DNA from: a virus
Taxonomy: Duplodnaviria > Caudoviricetes
Strand: one strand, 5' to 3'
DNA: 64,000 nucleotides
IMG/VR virus record: IMGVR_UViG_3300021093_000004
In this document: one piece after another, positions 28,634-38,772 of the stretch
How the letters are laid out: every line of letters starts with the position of its first letter
How positions within the stretch are numbered: the first letter of the stretch is position 1
Position numbers and translations under genes: made by a program
The notes under the pieces: generated by a model
What the model saw: the letters and a program-made list of their open reading frames with translations, nothing else
What the model was told of the DNA's origin: nothing
The model's database searches: none

Positions 28634-28959
28634 ACCACGAAGCAGCGGTGAAATGTACTGCTAAACTAAACGAACATGGTTATCTTTTAAGTTATGACGA
28701 TGACCAAAAAACAAAGGCGTCTTCGTACGTGTTCGCGGAGTTGCACGCATACGCGGCTCAGCGTTTGCCTTTCGGTTGCGACGCAAAAAAGGCGGAGCAG
28801 GTGTTAAAAAAGGGGTTAAAGCATGTCCGAAACAACGCAAACCGCAACCAACAGCAGGTTGAGCAAGCGGCGGGTGTGCCGATCCTGCTGATTCTCGGCC
28901 TGATCCCGACGTTGTATGCGTGGATCAAAATGCTGATCGATTGGTGGAGGGGCGAATAA
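28627..28959 (+). CDS. Small protein with C-terminal TM segment
   Basis: GVPILLILGLIPTLYAWI. Confidence 0.5.
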   Translation: MLDHEAAVKCTAKLNEHGYLLSYDDDQKTKASSYVFAELHAYAAQRLPFGCDAKKAEQVLKKGLKHVRNNANRNQQQVEQAAGVPILLILGLIPTLYAWIKMLIDWWRGE

Positions 28960-29113
28960 TGCTGGGCGTTTGGCGGTATAGGCCGGTGACAAACGTCGCA
29001 GATTTGCGACAAATTTAAATATAGAATGACACTCGGTGTGAATTTAACATTGTAATACTTTTGGAATCGACTTGCGAGGCTGAGCCACACGGCAATGCGT
29101 GGAGGGTTTCGAA

Positions 29114-30079
29114 ATGAAAAACACCGTAATTTCGCTCACAGTCGCGACGATGTTGTCGCTTGGTTGCGCTGCACGACCGCCGGGCGACTCACAAGAAATT
29201 GAACCGGAAGACGTTGTCATCGTTGAGCCGGTGGAAGAAACGGCGGGCGGTACATCGGTCGCCGTCGCGGTTTCGCCGGAGCAATTCGGCGAGGTGGCTA
29301 GTTGGTTTGGCACGGCTAATAGCGTTACCTTTTCAAATCCGATTCATGTCGAGCGTGACGGCACTACCCTCGACGCGAAAGCAGGCACGAAGATCGAGTA
29401 TGAGATTGGCGACGGCAGCGGTCGGTTTGTGTTTGAAAAGCCGTGGCCCACGGTGCGAACGAACTTGCTCAGTCGCATGATTGGGGGAGTGTCGCTTTAC
29501 GAAGTATTGCTCAAAGCCGATGGTAATGGCGTGGCAAAGACCGGTGTAGGTGCGTTTAAGCTTAAATGGCTTGACGATGGAGATATGGAGGCGGCTGCAG
29601 CGGAAGTCGACCTGCCGGAAGTGTGGTGTTATTCTTCGCCAGGCTGTCAGCCCTGTGAAAACGCGAAACGCGAACTTGCGAGTGCAGATGGATTGCCGTT
29701 TCAGATTGTGTGGAAAGACGACGCTCCGGTATGGTTGAAGTCGCGGCCTGCGTTCTGGTGGCACATTAGTGGAATAACACCATCGCAAGCGGACGTGAAA
29801 AACACGCGACAACAAACAGGCTGGAACGGACTTAAAAAATTCGTTGATTCGTGGCGATCATCACGGGTTGCGGAAAATCAGGCGCAATCGCGGACGGTTG
29901 GCAGTTTTTCGTCAGGTCGCTGGTTGATAAATGGTAGCAGCACTCCGAGTCGCTCTGTGTTGCTGACGCATCTTACGAATGATGGCATACATCGCGGCAA
30001 ACATGATAGGCAATGGTTAGCGACTCTGACTACTGAGCAGCTTCGGTGGTTGCATGACAGAGATCATGAAATTAAGTAA
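29114..30079 (+). CDS. Predicted lipoprotein with thioredoxin-like CxxC domain and His-rich C-terminal domain
   Basis: MLSLGC lipobox; CYSSPGCQPCENAK; HL..DGIH...H...QLRWLHDRDH. Confidence 0.65.
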   Translation: MKNTVISLTVATMLSLGCAARPPGDSQEIEPEDVVIVEPVEETAGGTSVAVAVSPEQFGEVASWFGTANSVTFSNPIHVERDGTTLDAKAGTKIEYEIGDGSGRFVFEKPWPTVRTNLLSRMIGGVSLYEVLLKADGNGVAKTGVGAFKLKWLDDGDMEAAAAEVDLPEVWCYSSPGCQPCENAKRELASADGLPFQIVWKDDAPVWLKSRPAFWWHISGITPSQADVKNTRQQTGWNGLKKFVDSWRSSRVAENQAQSRTVGSFSSGRWLINGSSTPSRSVLLTHLTNDGIHRGKHDRQWLATLTTEQLRWLHDRDHEIK

Positions 30080-30618
30080 GCCTGTATGAGACAAGGGAAG
30101 GTGAGGCACAGGCCAGATTCAGGTTTAATTCCTTCGCCGATGCTCCTAGAATGGTTAACTGTTGCGGGCCGGGGTGTCTGAAGCGTGGCTGAAATTATAC
30201 AGAAAGTCCTGCAAAATTCCAACTAAGTTGGTAAGATACTATCGCAAGTGCTTCGAACGCACCACACCACGACCGGGAATGGTCTTAGATAAAAACACAA
30301 ATAGATATATTAATATCACCAAAGCTAGTCCAGAACAACTAGCGGAACTGGACGAATGGTGATGATCGCAATTTTGCCTGATGATCATGTGACATTAGAA
30401 CACGAAAGGCTAACATGAATATCCATGAGATAATCGCTGAAGAAGCTTATCAGGAATTCAATTGTTCTACAAGGTTTGGCGGCCATCTAAATATAACAGT
30501 AACAAAGGCAACGACTATAGTACAGTTTAACCTGGATGGCATCAAGAAGTACAAGACGGGGGGGGTGTCCACCCCGATTTGATTTAGTTGGCTTTTATGT
30601 CAAAAGAGAGAGGTACAC

Positions 30619-31041
30619 ATGAAGGCGTTTGTTCTTGCGGCCCTGATGGGTCTGGGACTGATGGTCGGTCAGTTGAGCGGTCAGGAAGCGGCTCCCAAGC
30701 CGGTTGCTGAAGGCGAAGCGATTCACCTGTTTGAACACGTGAAGTACGTGGACCTGCACGAAATGGCTCCCTGTGCAGTGCCTAAGATCATTGAAGTCAA
30801 TGACCCTTGCGCCTGCGAATGCAAGTGCGAGTGCTCTGATCCGTGCAAGAAGGCCGGTGATGCCTGCGGCGCAGTCTGCGAGCAGAAAAAAGTACACATC
30901 CAGATCTGCATTCCAAAGTGCTACTGCGAGGAAGAAGTGATCTGCCGTCGCGATGGCGACCGCCTGCGTTACGAATACGGCGAATACGCCGTTGACGTGC
31001 GCGTCCGCAAGGGTTACATCGCTGTCGATTATCAGGACTAA
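30619..31041 (+). CDS. Secreted Cys-rich protein resembling a planctomycete-specific family
   Basis: Signal peptide; VKYVDLHEMAPCAVPKII..DPC...YGEYAVDVRV..VDYQD; GC-rich, host-like codons. Confidence 0.65.
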   Translation: MKAFVLAALMGLGLMVGQLSGQEAAPKPVAEGEAIHLFEHVKYVDLHEMAPCAVPKIIEVNDPCACECKCECSDPCKKAGDACGAVCEQKKVHIQICIPKCYCEEEVICRRDGDRLRYEYGEYAVDVRVRKGYIAVDYQD

Positions 31042-31260
31042 GCCAATCACGAGGAAGGACCTGAAGATCACAGACCTTGATTTTTTAGAAATAGCTTCGT
31101 GCCAAGGTCATTCTACTATGGAGTCTACGGAAGATCAAGCACCGCAGAGACTCAACAACAAGCCAGTTTGATCATCCGCGAAAATGAGTTCTTGCTCATT
31201 TGATTGGACGCAAACGTATTGTAGTTCTCGGATACTCCGCCAGGACGCGGATACACACCT

Positions 31261-31297
31261 TCGGACCCGTCACTTTGTCGGGAAGTGACGGGTCCGA
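31261..31297. terminator. 15-bp perfect hairpin
   Basis: TCGGACCCGTCACTT-tgtcggg-AAGTGACGGGTCCGA followed by TCTGTTT. Confidence 0.6.
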
Positions 31298-31651
31298 TCT
31301 GTTTCCAGACTGAAAGGTCATCATGGAAGTTACGCGACCATGGGGACATTACATTGACCATGTGCGAACTGAAGAATTAGCATGTTAAACCATTATTGTA
31401 AAACTGACACACCGCATATCATTACAATTGTTTGCGGGTCGAATTTTGGTGAGGGGTTTACGGATTTGGCCAAGTCCAAATAATGATTTATTTGAAGTCA
31501 ATCCTGGCAATAGATTTACCATTGACAAAGAGATTATACGTCAGATTATAAATACTGGTCAAATTGATTTAATAATACACGAAATGCAATGCGGAGTGTG
31601 TTCAGAAAATGACATCGAACGCATTCAAGATCCTGATGGCAGAGAAAAATC

Positions 31652-32308
31652 ATGAAACTCTTCATTACCCTTGATGACCACTTCAAATATCTCTCAGAAT
31701 TAGTGGCCAGAAAACCGAAGGGTGTATTCATAGCCAGTTTTGGCATTTATGCTGGCATCACATTTGACGGACGTGACACCACCGCGTGGGGTGAGCGGTA
31801 TAAGCTTCAGACGCGAGACTTTTTGGAGAGTCTGCGTCCAATCCCAAACGTTCGCTTAATGATCGGTATTCCGGATTACAAGAGTTGTCGCGGAAAAGTT
31901 GCGTGTTCGCATTGTGAATGCGGATACATTTACCAAATGACTCGGCTCTTGAATCACGCAGAACTATTTTCCGAATTCAAATGGAAAGCCGCGACTCAAG
32001 CACACGTCAAGTGCATTCTATTCTTTTTCGAGAAAGAAATTCTTGGAGTCGCTGGTGGTCGAAATCTGAACGATTCGAATTCTATTGATGCTACGTTCCA
32101 GATTGACTCTTCTGTTGGAACACAATTGTACCAACAGCTCGTTCCAATTTGGAAAGCATCACACGATCTGACTGGCGAGGCGATTAATGCGGTTCTCGTT
32201 AAACAGGGAATCTCTCAATCGACCATTAATGGTATTATGGCTGAATTTGAAGCCGAAGACGCACTTCAACGGAAAGCCAGAGAAGTCTCTGAAAGTGCAC
32301 CTGAATAG
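31652..32308 (+). CDS. Single PLD-like (HxK) domain protein
   Basis: AHVKCILF followed by GVAGGRNL; the Asp of HKD is absent. Confidence 0.55.
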   Translation: MKLFITLDDHFKYLSELVARKPKGVFIASFGIYAGITFDGRDTTAWGERYKLQTRDFLESLRPIPNVRLMIGIPDYKSCRGKVACSHCECGYIYQMTRLLNHAELFSEFKWKAATQAHVKCILFFFEKEILGVAGGRNLNDSNSIDATFQIDSSVGTQLYQQLVPIWKASHDLTGEAINAVLVKQGISQSTINGIMAEFEAEDALQRKAREVSESAPE

Positions 32309-33483
32309 TGGGAATTCCAATGCCAACAACCCAGAAGCCACGTATCACGCCTTTGGCGATTCAATTACGTCCAGAGACATTGAACGATATCATAGGTCAA
32401 GAACATTTATTGGCCGCTGGTAAACCCATACGCAGAATGGCTGATACAAAAAAATTCCAAAGCACCATCTTTTGGGGGCCTCCGGGTGCTGGAAAAACTT
32501 CGCTAGTATCCGCTTTGGCTTCGGAAACAAACTCCAATTTCCATAAGCTAAATGCCACAGAAGCTACTGTAAAAGACCTTCGCAAGGTTATTGAGAATGC
32601 TCAGAAATTATTGCCGGATATTCGGACATTTGCTTTTGTTGATGAAATCCATCGGTGGTCCAAATCCCAACAAGACGTAATGCTGCCGGTCGTTGAAGAT
32701 GGGACTATTGTTTTATTTGGGGCGACGACAGAAAAGCCCAAATTCGCTGTCAATAGCACCATATTATCTCGATGCTTGGTCTTGGAGGTCAAGCCGCTTA
32801 CCGCCGCAGATATATTGAAATTGATTATAAAAATTAAAGAATATTACAAGTCGAAAGATCGTCTTGTAAAAATTCCGCCAGAGGTAGCCAAACGGCTTAT
32901 CAATCGATGTAGTGGTGATGCCAGAAAAGCGATAATGGCATTAGAGACCGCTATTGAAATTTTGTCAGAGAATGATATAGTTACTCTCGATCACATTGAT
33001 TTGGCAATCCCGGACAAGCATATAGTCTTTGATGCCCACGGTAATGACCACTATGATCTTGCCCATTGTTATCAAGAAGCCATACAACATTCTGATACTG
33101 ATGGAGCTATTTATTGGCTGGCTAAATGGATTCAGTCTGGAGAAGATCCGGCTTATATCTGTCGTCGAATGCTGATTACAGCATTTGAGGACTGTGCCGG
33201 TAATCCGTCCGCATGGTTAGCGGCTATGGCTGCGTGTTATACGGCTGAACGCACCGGGCTTCCGGAATGCATGATTCCGATGTCTCTCGCTACTTGTGAG
33301 ATGGGCCAAAGCAAACGAAACAAAAGTGCGTTTTATGCTATTCACGCAGCGATGGCCGATGTGGAGAACCGAGAAACGGTTCATGTTCCTCCGGGGTTGC
33401 GAGCAGGTACCAATGGTTATGTTCATGCTGTGAATAAACAGTACCTGAAAGGCTGGGGTCGTGATGTAAACCGGTTTGACTAA
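32308..33483 (+). CDS. rarA: Replication-associated recombination protein A (MgsA/RarA AAA+ ATPase)
   Basis: LRPETLNDIIGQEHL, WGPPGAGKT, VDEIHR, GATTEKP, GDAR, SGEDPAYICRRM. Confidence 0.9.
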   Translation: MGIPMPTTQKPRITPLAIQLRPETLNDIIGQEHLLAAGKPIRRMADTKKFQSTIFWGPPGAGKTSLVSALASETNSNFHKLNATEATVKDLRKVIENAQKLLPDIRTFAFVDEIHRWSKSQQDVMLPVVEDGTIVLFGATTEKPKFAVNSTILSRCLVLEVKPLTAADILKLIIKIKEYYKSKDRLVKIPPEVAKRLINRCSGDARKAIMALETAIEILSENDIVTLDHIDLAIPDKHIVFDAHGNDHYDLAHCYQEAIQHSDTDGAIYWLAKWIQSGEDPAYICRRMLITAFEDCAGNPSAWLAAMAACYTAERTGLPECMIPMSLATCEMGQSKRNKSAFYAIHAAMADVENRETVHVPPGLRAGTNGYVHAVNKQYLKGWGRDVNRFD

Positions 33484-33622
33484 CTTTCAGATGAAATCGG
33501 CGGTACTGTGCATGGTATCGACCTTGCTACATTTCGTAACCAATTAAATGCAGCCACCTTCGAAATCTTTTCAGTGGTTTTATTTTAGCTGCGACCAGAT
33601 CTCTTGCATCATGATATATCCT

Positions 33623-34198
33623 TTATAGATGATGACCAATAATAACTTTTGAATAGTTGACAATCGGATTATGTTTTAGAAGCTTCGACAACCAGCGATA
33701 ATCGCTATATCGTCCGCCGTTGGTAGCCCACCTTTCTCGTGCTGCTAGCTCTCTCTTGACGCACAAACACATTGTGTCAATATCACCAGCCTTTATGTTA
33801 TTGGCAGTTGGGATAATAAGATTTTGATGTTTGGTTCGGACAATGCCAATGTCAAAACCTTGAGCCGCACTATATTGAGATACCAGTGCATGTTGATAAT
33901 AGATATTATCATCATCCCAGAATACTAGGTATTCTCCCTTCGCTTCCGTGATTCCTACGTCGCGGGCAGCCGCTCCATAATCTCCGTGAAGTTGCTGCAT
34001 TTTAACCACCAAATCATTCACCGGCAACTTTGTATCAAGATTAAATTTGCGATGATCGCGTTCATCCATCGCTTCTTGAATTATAATGATCTCAACCGCT
34101 AGTCCGGCGACAGACTGCTGTTCAATATAATCCAACACCCTGACCAGATTGGCGGATCGTGCGGTAGCAACGATTATGGACAAGTCGTATGTTAACAT
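33623..34198 (-). CDS. GT2-family glycosyltransferase
   Basis: LSIIVAT, ARDVGITEAKGEYLVFWDDD. Confidence 0.8.
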   Translation of the reverse strand: MLTYDLSIIVATARSANLVRVLDYIEQQSVAGLAVEIIIIQEAMDERDHRKFNLDTKLPVNDLVVKMQQLHGDYGAAARDVGITEAKGEYLVFWDDDNIYYQHALVSQYSAAQGFDIGIVRTKHQNLIIPTANNIKAGDIDTMCLCVKRELAARERWATNGGRYSDYRWLSKLLKHNPIVNYSKVIIGHHL

Positions 34199-35040
34199 AC
34201 TTGCACCAAGAAATCGATTGCCGTTGTCGCCATGATCTTTATCGCATCCTCTGGTTTAATCGTTCCCCATGTTCTGTTTATGAGGATTTCTAGATATTCA
34301 GGATTGCTTATAATATAATCATCTGGAGTGATACTTGTGATTTTCCTCGATAAAACTCGCATCTTTGCTTTGTTAAGAATTGATTCGTATGTTGCAAGTG
34401 GGCGAACAACTCTGTTTCTCACTAATTGGTTCGATTCTAGATCCATCAGTAAGTGAGCAAACGCTTTGTTAAAATATCCGCTCTGGAATCCACCATCACG
34501 AGATGACCATGGCCTAAATCGGATATAAATTTTCCCTTGTGGTTTTATTCTCTGTTTGATCTTCAGAAGTGTCACTACTGGGTCTTGATCGAACTCCAAT
34601 GACTCATAAATGATCCCAATATCATATGGACCTTCGGCTTCTTCCAGTGAATTGATGATTTTAACTGACGGTGGTTGGTCGTCGGGGCCGAACTTATAGG
34701 TATTGCATACTAATTCGACTTCGGTATTTTGAAATGCATGACCAATTGGGATCGATGGTCCATTCGAATATTCAAGTATCTTAGCGTTAGAGAGATCGAA
34801 TTTAACATCTTGAGCCTGTTGTTTCGACACTACTTTCCAATATGCGTTGGGATGATTTGCAGCCGATGGCCAGAATTCGAATTGACGAATGTCGAGACTT
34901 TTAGATGAATCAGGGAGTTGGATCAATTCGGTTTCTGGTGGTAATTCTGATAAGATGTCTGTACTGAGTAAGCGGGCAACGTGTTCGCATTGCTTGCTCA
35001 ATAGCAGTAAAGCATTGATAAGTTCTAATCGACTATCCAC
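34192..35040 (-). CDS. Degenerate class I methyltransferase-like protein
   Basis: KILEYS.G, YDIGIIYESLE, IKPQGKIYI. Confidence 0.5.
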   Translation of the reverse strand: MDSRLELINALLLLSKQCEHVARLLSTDILSELPPETELIQLPDSSKSLDIRQFEFWPSAANHPNAYWKVVSKQQAQDVKFDLSNAKILEYSNGPSIPIGHAFQNTEVELVCNTYKFGPDDQPPSVKIINSLEEAEGPYDIGIIYESLEFDQDPVVTLLKIKQRIKPQGKIYIRFRPWSSRDGGFQSGYFNKAFAHLLMDLESNQLVRNRVVRPLATYESILNKAKMRVLSRKITSITPDDYIISNPEYLEILINRTWGTIKPEDAIKIMATTAIDFLVQVC

Positions 35041-36238
35041 CGAAATCCTCTTCTACGGTGAATTGAATCTCGACACCCGGAAAAACCGCTCGTATCTGCT
35101 TGCGTTGATCATTAGGTAATGAATACTTTGTGAATATCCGCATAAACTTCCGAATTACATCGACTCTTTTTACACCGTCCAATAATGCATTGTTAGTGAA
35201 TCTTGATTGAATTGATGACAACTCGGAAACCTGGGTGATTTTCGATCTGGTCCTGCCTATCTCAAAACGTCGAAAAGCCCGTCCGCATTTGCAACGCTCG
35301 TAATCTTCAGAGATATCGGCATAGTCTCCGTTCCAATAGTTTACGAATGGCGACGGTAATGAAAAGTAATCATAACTAATCAATCGATAGTTGTCCGAAT
35401 ATGCCCATGACAGCCCATCTAGTAAATGGTAGACGTTGTGTTTGCAAGTGAAGAAAGTTACTCCTCCGTCCCAGCATCGCATGTGGTCGCACCATGCCTC
35501 AATATTTCCGTTCTGTTGTAGTTCAATTACATCCTGAGTGCGTAATTTACTGCCAGTATTACTAATTAGTCTGCATAACTTCTTTTTGCACTGTAAACGC
35601 TTCGCGTTCCATGCAAGAGACGCGATACTATTAGCTTGAGAATGTATAATATCGATTTTGTTTTCAGTAATATATTCAATCAGGTCCTCGTAATACTTGT
35701 AATAATTGACGTAGAATGTGCGGTTTGCGATGGCAGAGTGAATTTCGGCTTGACCTTTTAGCCCATGGGATACCAATGGATTCTGAGTAACGTATGTCTC
35801 AATCAGTTGATCGGTATTCGGTTTTACCGTATCAAAATGCAGATATAGTATCTTAACTGGTCCGGATATGTTGAATTCATCGGCGATAGTCTTGTAATGA
35901 CTTTCGCATTCTATTGAAGCGTATATGTCACGCCAGATTTTATATCTGAATGGTGCCCCGGTTGAACCGCTTGTTTCGTTCTCAAATGTGTCGTAATTTG
36001 GGAGATACCATTGATCTTTATTGACGAGATCTTGCTTTGTGATAATGCCGGTGTGTCGGCGGTAGACTGGTGATAATTGTGCCTGCTTAACAATTTTGGT
36101 TATGAGGTAAGCAGTGACTTCTCTGATGAATTCTTCACTCTGATACATCAAGGTATTGGCAATACCCGCATACTGCTTCAGAAATAGTTGATGATCGGTG
36201 TTGCTTCTGAATAATTGGTGAATATCATTTAGGAGCAT
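35033..36238 (-). CDS. PaaK/CapK-like adenylate-forming enzyme
   Basis: ETSGSTGAPF loop; YWNGDY; RCKCGR..GR. Confidence 0.72.
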   Translation of the reverse strand: MLLNDIHQLFRSNTDHQLFLKQYAGIANTLMYQSEEFIREVTAYLITKIVKQAQLSPVYRRHTGIITKQDLVNKDQWYLPNYDTFENETSGSTGAPFRYKIWRDIYASIECESHYKTIADEFNISGPVKILYLHFDTVKPNTDQLIETYVTQNPLVSHGLKGQAEIHSAIANRTFYVNYYKYYEDLIEYITENKIDIIHSQANSIASLAWNAKRLQCKKKLCRLISNTGSKLRTQDVIELQQNGNIEAWCDHMRCWDGGVTFFTCKHNVYHLLDGLSWAYSDNYRLISYDYFSLPSPFVNYWNGDYADISEDYERCKCGRAFRRFEIGRTRSKITQVSELSSIQSRFTNNALLDGVKRVDVIRKFMRIFTKYSLPNDQRKQIRAVFPGVEIQFTVEEDFGG

Positions 36239-37781
36239 AGCGAGACCAAAATACTTCGCCTTTGATTATGCGACAATCATGATCCGGTGATGGTAAGGAC
36301 AAGCATGTTTGTAAACCATCTGATTTTTCGCACAGAGTTCGGCAAGGCCCGTTTTCACTGTATACATACTGTCCGTTCAGACGGCCAAAGCCAAATTTGA
36401 GCCATCGTTGGCTATAAATGAAGTATTTTATGATTTCGTTACGGATATCTGCTAATAATTCTGTGTCCGGTGGCAATTCTGTGGTGATAATCCATTCGGA
36501 TTTGCAATGCTGCTTTAAGTATGCATATGGGTCGATATCATCCGTTATAATGAGCCAGTTCGATGGTCCGAATTTGTTGAGATTATTCCTTAAAGCTGTG
36601 AGATCGGCTTTGAAGGTTCGGTTGTCTGTGATATACCAATGCTCTACATCATTATATTGATGGTTGCAGAGAACCCGATCAGAATATACCCATTTCGTTG
36701 TTTGCTGACAATGCGTAGATTGATGTCCAATATGGTCTCCTAAGCTTGGCTTTGGATAGAAAACTGGCCAATTGTTCTGGGACATCAATATGAAGACTCC
36801 AAGATCATCAAAACTAGTCTTTTTCTGGCTTTGTACCCCATAATATCGTAGTGGAATAAGACTAGACAATATTTCTTGGACGGTTTCATGTGACATGATG
36901 ATTGAATTCGGTCCGCCGTGGTAATTCGAGACGCTCCTCCAACCATTCGATGGATCTTTATCGATGGCGTTTGGCCCGAATAAGCTTACCAAATGTGGCT
37001 GTTCTGTGAACCACAGAGAATTCTCTAAATAATTGCGAGTGCCGGGAGCTACCACAATATCATCTTGGATCATGAAAAATGCGTCGGCGTCGATATTTCG
37101 AATGAACAACTCGTACAGCCCAAGAATCCAATTGCCAAATATTCCCGTCTGCTTAAACCTATGAACATATGGCCAATTTGGTCCACAATCGATATATGAT
37201 CCTGGTTCTGCGAAGATTATCCCAGTGCCCCATCCAGCAGATTCTAATGCTTTGATGGATTTTGTGATAGTCGGATATCTTCGTGGGGCTATTGTAACGC
37301 CGACAGCCCATTTTCTAATCGTGTCGAATTTTTGTCTTGGTTCATAAATTCCAAAGTCTGGATTCTCGTTAAATTCATAAGAAATTCTGAGACGATCTGG
37401 GCATAGTTGGCAGCTTTTCTGATCATTTGAAATAATTGTACATTGTCTATAATAATGACATTGGTGCTTGCAATTGAGATATTCTGAAATTGGGAGCGGG
37501 TCTGAAGGAATATTGAGAGGATCGCCTAATAGTATACAATTGGCGTCTTTGAACGTTGTTGGTGGTGGAATTACTCCGCTGTTCGTTAGTCGGCGGAATT
37601 GAGATCTGAATGGATCAGAGGCGAGATCGAGAGGAGGACTTGTGGCTAAGCAGTATTCGCAAACCGATGGATCAAATTCTGTTTGGACTTGTACTAATTC
37701 GGTGAATTTTTGGCATTCAGCAGATATAGTATAATCTTGGTGCTTTCGATGTTTACAATTCAACTTCGATGATTTGTCCAT
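36225..37781 (-). CDS. Cys-rich N-terminus plus GT-A glycosyltransferase-like domain
   Basis: CxxC clusters; VTIAPRR, GIFGNW, FMIQDD, PSLGDHIG. Confidence 0.6.
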   Translation of the reverse strand: MDKSSKLNCKHRKHQDYTISAECQKFTELVQVQTEFDPSVCEYCLATSPPLDLASDPFRSQFRRLTNSGVIPPPTTFKDANCILLGDPLNIPSDPLPISEYLNCKHQCHYYRQCTIISNDQKSCQLCPDRLRISYEFNENPDFGIYEPRQKFDTIRKWAVGVTIAPRRYPTITKSIKALESAGWGTGIIFAEPGSYIDCGPNWPYVHRFKQTGIFGNWILGLYELFIRNIDADAFFMIQDDIVVAPGTRNYLENSLWFTEQPHLVSLFGPNAIDKDPSNGWRSVSNYHGGPNSIIMSHETVQEILSSLIPLRYYGVQSQKKTSFDDLGVFILMSQNNWPVFYPKPSLGDHIGHQSTHCQQTTKWVYSDRVLCNHQYNDVEHWYITDNRTFKADLTALRNNLNKFGPSNWLIITDDIDPYAYLKQHCKSEWIITTELPPDTELLADIRNEIIKYFIYSQRWLKFGFGRLNGQYVYSENGPCRTLCEKSDGLQTCLSLPSPDHDCRIIKGEVFWSRYAPK

Positions 37782-38001
37782 CGAATTTTCCGTTAGGTAA
37801 TGCTGCTTGATCTGGCTCCGGATCTTCGTCTCGGAGTTTAAGCCACTTGTTTTCTAATTTACTCCACTCGTAATACATGAAGCGAAGTGACTCTGGCGTT
37901 CCCTCTCCGTGCGCGTGGGGTGAGTGTTCGTGATGCGCATGGTGGTGCTTCTCACCAGTGAATGCAATAATCGAATCATCGAAGAAGTCTGATTTTTTCA
38001 T
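37753..38001 (-). CDS. Small His-rich protein
   Basis: KHHHAHHEHSPHAHG. Confidence 0.5.
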   Translation of the reverse strand: MKKSDFFDDSIIAFTGEKHHHAHHEHSPHAHGEGTPESLRFMYYEWSKLENKWLKLRDEDPEPDQAALPNGKFDGQIIEVEL

Positions 38002-38255
38002 TGTAATTCTCTCAGGTCTTGCTGTGTCTATTTAAATATTTGAACGTGCTTTAACGAATATCGGGTTGCCATATGATATGACGAATCGCTGCCACTTTGC
38101 GTGATGAAATTAAATCGCGACCAGATTTATCTGCGATTACTGTTGAGCATAAAGAGAATCGGGTTGCCTTCAAGCTCAAAGAAGTAATTTTGTGGGGATC
38201 GATATCTAGAAATTGCAACACCATCGGATGCATTTTCTCAGCGGTCTCGGGGTCT

Positions 38256-38387
38256 TTACGAAGATCCTAAATCTATTAATAATTTCCCAACCCGGTCGAT
38301 ATGTTCTTTAGTTCGCTTCTCGAAGAAAGCGACCATTTCTGGGGTCGGATCAGAGATTTTATCTTCTGAAATCATTCGTAATCTCAT
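38256..38387 (-). pseudogene. Truncated gene beginning MRLRMISE
   Basis: Read by hand: MRLRMISEDKISDPTPEMVAFFEKRTKEHIDRVGKLLIDLGSS*; RTKEHIDRV resembles the start of an HD-domain family. Confidence 0.5.
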
Positions 38388-38395
38388 GGCCCCAC

Positions 38396-38629
38396 TCAAT
38401 CATAACCCGGTAGGTCGTCATCGGTTATCTCATCGTTATCGACACCATTTACTTCATCTGAAATTTGCCAAAATTCATCATCGTGTTCACTACGCCAATA
38501 AGTATCCAACATTTCACTAAGAGCATCTAATATAATTTCTGGTGAATTGATTGATATAGCCGTACCGACAAGCCACGTATTCTCCATATCTTCTGTAGGC
38601 AACAGAAACACTGTGCTAATATCCGACAC
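38396..38629 (-). CDS. Hypothetical acidic protein
   Basis: Short ORF with a GTG start. Confidence 0.4.
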   Translation of the reverse strand: MSDISTVFLLPTEDMENTWLVGTAISINSPEIILDALSEMLDTYWRSEHDDEFWQISDEVNGVDNDEITDDDLPGYD

Positions 38630-38772
38630 TTCTTTCTCATAAGCTGGACCGACTTTTTGATTGATTTACTTGCAAAAATGCTAGATGTAGTGCTAGACAG
38701 CTATAATTCGCATTTAACACTTTGTGGAGGTAAATCCCTATCGATCTTCATACCGGTGCGAAGTTATAATGA

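Noticed and set aside
30558-30565. G8 tract as a phase-variation switch
   Set aside because: Short, intergenic, and no evidence of length variation from a single sequence
32283-32300. 18-nt exact match AAGTCTCTGAAAGTGCAC, also at 43783-43800
   Set aside because: A rough estimate gives about 0.06 expected chance matches of this length in 64 kb; both copies lie within coding ends, so it is not compelling alone
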